Below, piece after piece: positions 57,975 to 64,000 of a stretch of DNA of 64,000 nucleotides; position 1 is the first letter of the stretch; each line of letters begins with the position of its first letter. The stretch is from assembly GCA_964016885.1 (NCBI GenBank), contig OZ024749.1, positions 55,924,001 through 55,988,000 of the forward strand, written 5' to 3'. The notes beneath the pieces were generated by a model. The model worked only from the letters and a program-made list of their open reading frames with translations. It was not told the DNA's origin and made no database searches. The translations under genes were made by a program, and so were the position numbers. The DNA is from Eledone cirrhosa (lineage: Eukaryota).

Positions 57975-58235
57975 GGTCTTTCAAGTTGCTGGTACTATCT
58001 ACCGGTCTCACCTCCTGACAGAAAGTGCAATGTGGAATAAAGTGTCTTGCTCAAGACCACAACATATCACCCGGTCTTTCCAATTGTTAATACTATCTAT
58101 CTGTCGTAACTCCTGACAGAAAGAGCAATGTGAATTAAAGTATCTTGCTCAAGGACAACACATCGGCCAGTCTGGGAATCGAACTCAATCTCAGGATTGC
58201 GAATCCACTTATTTAACCACTAAACCACGCTCCTT
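57975..58235 (-). mobile_element. SINE family B with internal duplication
   Basis: TCTTGCTCAAG occurs twice; head GGGAATCGAACTC..TAACCACTAAACCACGC. Confidence 0.7.
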
Positions 58236-58265
58236 CATTTGCACCCCTTTTAGTATATAGTAATA

Positions 58266-58470
58266 ATTGTTTCTACTTTAAGCACAAGACCAGCAATTTT
58301 GGGGGAGAAGGAAAAGTTGATTAAATCGACCTCAGTACATTACTGGTACTTTATTTTATCGACCCCGTAATGATGAAAGGCAAAGCTAACCTCGACGAGA
58401 TTTGAACTCAGAACGTAAAAGAACCGTAACTCTATGCCACGGAACATGTTGTCCGACGCTCTACCGATAT
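58266..58470 (-). mobile_element. SINE family A
   Basis: Full consensus match. Confidence 0.8.
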
Positions 58471-58634
58471 AGAACTTATAACAATTACAAAATAAATGTT
58501 GCAGTAGAGTATATTGTTTTCTTTCTAATCTATTATGGAAGACAAACTAGGTTTTGTAGTACAACATTAGAAAACAGGAAGAGACATAGATGTGGTGCAA
58601 TGCAGTGTTATAACGTAAGAGTTAGTTGTAGTGA

Positions 58635-58880
58635 AGGGTTGTGGTTTAGTGGTTAGTGAGCTGGATTTACAATCGTGAGATTGTGAGTTCGATTCCCGGA
58701 CCAGGTCATGTGTTAGGTCCTTTATTTCACGTTGCTCTTTCTGCCAGTAGTTGCGATCTGTAGAATGTATCAGCAATGGAATGACCACTGGAAACATTGT
58801 TTCCTTGGTCCGATCTTGACGAGTTCCGCCCCCACACTCCACTCAGTAAGCGAAGCGAATGAGGGCTGGGATCTTGTCGA
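58635..58880 (+). mobile_element. SINE family B
   Basis: TGGTTTAGTGGTTAG...GAGTTCGATTCCCGGACCAGG...TTTATTTCACGTTGCTC. Confidence 0.75.
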
Positions 58881-58947
58881 AACTGCAAAAAAAAATATAT
58901 ATTAAAAAACCACCCCTTCCCCCACCCACCCCAAAATACAAAGATGG

Positions 58948-59022
58948 AAGCACGTCTCCCTTGCCGTCCTCCGGGGAAATGCCTTCTCCATTCTGTCGGC
59001 CGGGGCTGTGGGGAGGCCTAGA
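58948..59022 (+). mobile_element. CRE-clade extreme 3' fragment
   Basis: GTCTCCCTTGCCGTCCTCCGGGGAAATGCCTTCTCCATTCTGTC, nearly identical to 14495-14540. Confidence 0.65.
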
Positions 59023-59148
59023 ATATAGTTTGTTGGTTGCTTTCCTGTAATAGAATCGATGAAATCCCTTTTCTCCATTACCCTGAACCTGGAACAACAT
59101 AGTATGGCGCTTGGAAAAAGTTATATTTCCTGTACGGGAGCTGATCAA

Positions 59149-59245
59149 AAATCTAACCTCAAATACTGATCACAGTCACAAATCTAACCTCAAATACTGA
59201 TCACAGTCACAAATCTAACCTCAAATACTGATCACAGTCACAAAT
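59149..59245. repeat. 31-bp perfect tandem triplication
   Basis: AAATCTAACCTCAAATACTGATCACAGTCAC x3. Confidence 0.9.
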
Positions 59246-59552
59246 ATTAGCAGCAGAAGATCAATTCCTAAAGTTTGGTTTTCAAGACTACAACAAAAAT
59301 TAAACTGACATTTTTTTTCATTATAAAAACTTCCCCTCATTTTATTCATTTTTCAAATAAAAAATGTTATTCTTTCTTGATTTGTGTTATTTTTTATTTA
59401 TTCATTTATTGTTTTTTTTTTTGTTTTTTTTTGTTTTTTTTTTGCTTTCTACTCTAAAAAAAAAATATTGAACATTATAAAGAAGAAGAAGAAGAAATGG
59501 TTGAATTGTAATAGATGATGTTCTATTAAAGAGGCAACATGTAGTGTACATA

Positions 59553-59639
<87 letters not shown>

Positions 59640-59882
59640 CCTTATTAAGACAGATATTCCATTCTAAGTATAATATCATATGATATACACGCTGTATATA
59701 GTAATGTATGTATAGTGAAAACGAAATGAAAAGAACAAACAAGCTATATGTTCAGCATGTCTGTATATTAACTGGTTTCTTGGTGAGTACAATTGCTGCT
59801 TAGCAAAATATCAATGGAAATTATACATGTGTGTCTGTATGTACGTATATATGTATATATATATATATAGTGTATGTGTGTA

Positions 59883-59920
<38 letters not shown>

Positions 59921-60011
59921 TGCATACTCAATCCTGTTCTTTTCTATTCCTCTCGCACTCTCTTTCTCACCATCTCCCTCCCCCCTCTCTCTCTATATAC
60001 ACACACACACA

Positions 60012-60067
<56 letters not shown>

Positions 60068-61521
60068 CACACTCACATATACAGGCTTGCATACTTATTT
60101 ACATACACACACAAACCAACATAGACACGAGAAGAAGAACATACTGTTGTTGTTGTCGTCCTCTGGGAAATTAATTTTAACTCTACAGATTACGAAGACT
60201 ATATTTCCTCTTGGAGATCACCTTCTCGCTTCCTTCACAAATCAAATCTCTCTACTTCCAATCACAGATAATGTCACCCCCTTATCATGTCTTATTTTTA
60301 CTTCCTCACATCTCTTTCAATTTTTCTTTAAAAAAACAACAAAAAAAAACACACACACACACAAAAAGCACAAACAAAAAAAAATCAAATAAATATATAA
60401 ATAAATGAATTAGCGTATATGTTTTATTTTTTTTTTTATAACATTTCAGCTTGTTTTACATATATATTTTGTTTTTATAAAATTATATTTTAACCTTGTC
60501 TTACATATATTTCTTTGTAAGAATTATATTTTAACCTTGTTTTAGATATAATATTTCTTTATAAAATTACGTTTTAACCTTCTTTTACATACAGTATTTC
60601 TTTGGAAAAATTATGTAAAAATTCTTTGGAAATACTCTGGAAATTCTCTGGAAGTTTCCATGAAAGTTTTAGTGCAATTCAATAAGACAATATATATTTG
60701 AATACACAATCTACTTATGTCTGAGGAATTTAGAGTTTCCTCTCTCAATGTAGCCATATGCATGTCGCTACTTATGTTATGTATATATGTATATATGGAC
60801 TTGTATGTGTACATGTATGTGAGTGTGGATATATGTATGTGTTTATATATATACACGTTTAATTGTGTGTGTATTTATATATGTATGTATATATAATACA
60901 TATAAAATATTAATATGAAATATATATATATGTAATACATGTTATATATACATATATTATACATATTGCATATATAACACACGCACACACATATATATAT
61001 AAAGTGAATGCGCGTGCCTTAGTGGTTATAATGTTCAGATCCCGATCGTAAGGTTGTGAGTTCGACCCTACTCCCAAAATAAACCTTAGTGTCTTTTTTT
61101 TTAGGGAAAAATAATATAAGACCTATCTTATAATAGGGGAAACACTGCATTTGTAAATGCCTTTATTTTATAAATTAAATATAACTGTGAAATCTAAAGT
61201 AATTTGAAAACACTTCTTTTTTTCTTCTTCATCTCAGGACATTTCTACTCATTGGATTACCTTAGAAATATGCTTCTTTCAAGATTTATATAAAAGTTGT
61301 TGCTTCAATTATACTGTGACAAATTAAAGGTTGGTTCAGTTCGTTATTTCTGTATTCAAGTTTGATGTGTGATCAATAATCCATATTCATTTGCTGAATC
61401 TACTTCATCAGTAACTGTAACAATTTTTTGGGGCTAAACTGGAAAACGTTACTTGCACAACGCAGCAAATGTTCTTTCTTCCTACACTGCCCCTCATGTT
61501 TTTAATGTTGATATATTTAAA

Positions 61522-61593
61522 TGTTTTTGCCTAGATTACTATAATAAATAGCAGAAGGCTGAGAACTGAGCCCTGGTTGACCCATAATTGTAT
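61522..61593 (-). mobile_element. LINE reverse-transcriptase fragment
   Basis: VNQGSVLSLLLFIIVI* matches the GVxQGSVLSPLLF motif. Confidence 0.55.
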
Positions 61594-62399
61594 CCATCCA
61601 GAAGACAGATAAAATTAAAGTTGAGCTAGTTACACAAGGTCCCAGGGTGTGAAATATTCACACCACAGTTGAGAGATACAAAGTTGAGGAATATCATTTA
61701 AATATATCAAATTTTCTTCTTCGGGCGAATGACTTTGCTATGAATGTCAAAAAAATCTAATCTTCCCACGGCATTTTATGAACTTCACTAAATCTTTGTT
61801 GACACACTGTCACGAGTTTCGGTGCACTCTGATGTTTTTAATTGCTGCCTTACCACACACATTGTAGTTGAGTCACAAAATCAAGAAACGCGTTACACAT
61901 GAACTAAAAGCATTATTACTGAAGGAAGATCTCTATAGTCTTGTCTATTGTGACAGTTAGTGAACTAGCCAGGGCAGCAGTGAGTTACTAAATGGTGACA
62001 ACTATCACCACACACCCTGAAACATGGTTTAATTGAATTTCAAATGCACTTCACTTCGTATCTTTAACACAAACGTGACTCATGTTTCGGTTATTTTCAC
62101 TTTTATGGTTTTATGGCTTCAGCTTTTCAGAAAAATGGAATAAGAACAAAACAAAATATGTGTACAGACATGTCTCTCTCTCTCTCTCTCTCTCTGTAAA
62201 TCTTTATATTTAATAATCTCCCGTTGGGTTGAGATGCAACTGGCGATATTGGGCTGCGCTTTCTAGCAACCAGCCTACTCGCCGTAAGCAACTAATCACA
62301 TTCTTTCTAATTTGACCACTGCCACGTCACGATTCTTACCCATTTTTAAAATCTATTTCTGGCGCGATCGCTTTGGAAAATTAACTGTCCTATTGAGTT

Positions 62400-62478
62400 T
62401 GTCTCCTGATGAGTTCGATACTCGAGATTTATCCTTAATAGGATATCTCAAAATACGAACGAAACCATGGTAGAGATA
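62400..62478 (+). ncRNA. Type I hammerhead ribozyme, apparently intact, with extended stem II
   Basis: Stem I TGTCTC/GAGATA; CTGATGA 62406-62412; stem II GTTCG/CGAAC enclosing a further GAGAT-ATCCT/AGGAT-ATCTC hairpin; GAAA 62461-62464; palindromic stem III ACCATGGT; GUA cleavage triplet ending at 62472. Confidence 0.85.
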
Positions 62479-62758
62479 TAATTACGGTATGTACACGTTT
62501 CTTCTAAGTTTTAATTTATACCTAATTGTGTATGGTTGACGGTATATTTAGTCAGTTTCTACATGCTGTTGAAATGTTGGGTAAATACTCTATTGTGGTC
62601 AACCTCGAAGAGGCCGCTTTCGGTTATTTATCAAATATCTCTTCATATAAGCCTTTATTCTTATAGCCTGGTCTAATTGATTTTTTATATGGTTAATTAT
62701 GCTAATTGGGAGAAGAAATGGTATATATTCTATCTAATAATTCTAAGGACATGATTTA

Positions 62759-62805
<47 letters not shown>

Positions 62806-62910
62806 CGCACACACACATATATATATATATTTGTATATGCATATATTTGTGTATATATATATATACATACATTATTTCATGTATATATATATATATATAT
62901 ATATTATTTC

Positions 62911-62950
<40 letters not shown>

Positions 62951-62952
62951 TC

Positions 62953-62994
<42 letters not shown>

Positions 62995-63397
62995 TCATGT
63001 ATATATATATATATATATATATATTATTTCATGTATATATATATATATATATTATTTCATGTATATATATATATATACTTATATCGCAATTTGGTGCCAA
63101 GATCGATATCGAGTAGGGTTCCAGCCACATAGCAACACGCATACAAACACGTGATACCCACTTGACGTGGGACGTGTGAGTTTATCGCTGAAGTGTATGA
63201 TCTGAATACCGGCAGGAATGGCGTAGTCTGGTGACAGAGAACTGAATCTGACTCCATGAAATACATACTTTTCTCATAATACAAGAGACACTAAAAAATA
63301 AACTGACAAATCTCCTGATGATGAGATTGTGGATGTCTGGAAACATTGACAAAATTATGACTTCAGGAAATTTGTTGGTCCAAACCTTAGAGTCATA

Positions 63398-63592
63398 ATG
63401 GCGTGGCTTCGATTACTTGACTAGGTTCTATGTTGCGTTCATGAGCAAGACACTTCATTTCACGTTGCCCTAGTTCACTCACCTGAAAATGTGTTCCAGC
63501 AATAGCTGGGAATTTAACTCTGCGATGGACTGTCGTCCTATCCAGGGGGAAATCTTGTGCTATCAGTTGCTTCAAGACACGGAAACCGGGAT
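63398..63592 (+). mobile_element. SINE family B
   Basis: TTCGATTACTTG..GAGCAAGACACTTCATTTCACGTTGC..CTGCGATGGACTG..TCCAGGGG. Confidence 0.7.
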
Positions 63593-64000
63593 TCGCTGAG
63601 ATGCAACTGTTACTAGCAGGGAAACCTTATGCTAATCCCGTCAATTTCTTATATATATATATGTGTGTGTGTGAGTGTAGAAGTTTTATTTAATTTGTTG
63701 GAATTCCGACAAACATAAATGTTTATAACTGATTTAGAGCACTCAACAGTTACTGGAGTAAATATTCCATGATATTAAATAAATGGAAACTATATCTATA
63801 AAACCATATTTATTATATATATATTTAAGGGCAACCAAGCCAACCTTTGTGCGCTTTCATATATATAAACCATGAAGACTTCAGTGTAACAACCGTTTCA
63901 GTAAATATTCTGCACAGCTGTGGTATTATACAAATGTTTCTACACTGGACATTACATAACTAATTATAGCTGTATTCAAAGCGTTATATCATTTCACCAG

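Noticed and set aside
63311-63352. CTGATGA-T-GAGAT..ATGTC-TG-GAAA-CATTG-AC hammerhead-like
   Set aside because: Stems I and III and the NUH site are broken. Possibly a relic but not supportable.

Overview
AT-rich, microsatellite-saturated eukaryotic DNA. The SINE content points to an octopod cephalopod; this is an inference from remembered repeat consensus, not a database hit. There is one 200-N assembly gap at 25225-25424. I recognise no host protein-coding gene: the long ORFs are by-products of micro/minisatellites or decayed retroelements. The window holds more than 20 tRNA-derived SINE copies (about 3 families), 3' fragments of RTE, CR1 and CRE-clade LINEs, a complete non-autonomous Helitron, two TA-flanked MITEs and several minisatellites. 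The main unexplained signal is a dense set of type-I hammerhead-ribozyme motifs of the Penelope-pLTR/retrozyme kind, from several sequence families. Two look essentially intact (62400-62478 +, 33728-33797 -) and have unusually long stem II. Many others lie in fold-back inverted repeats, or are cut off at the catalytic core right against (TA)n tracts.
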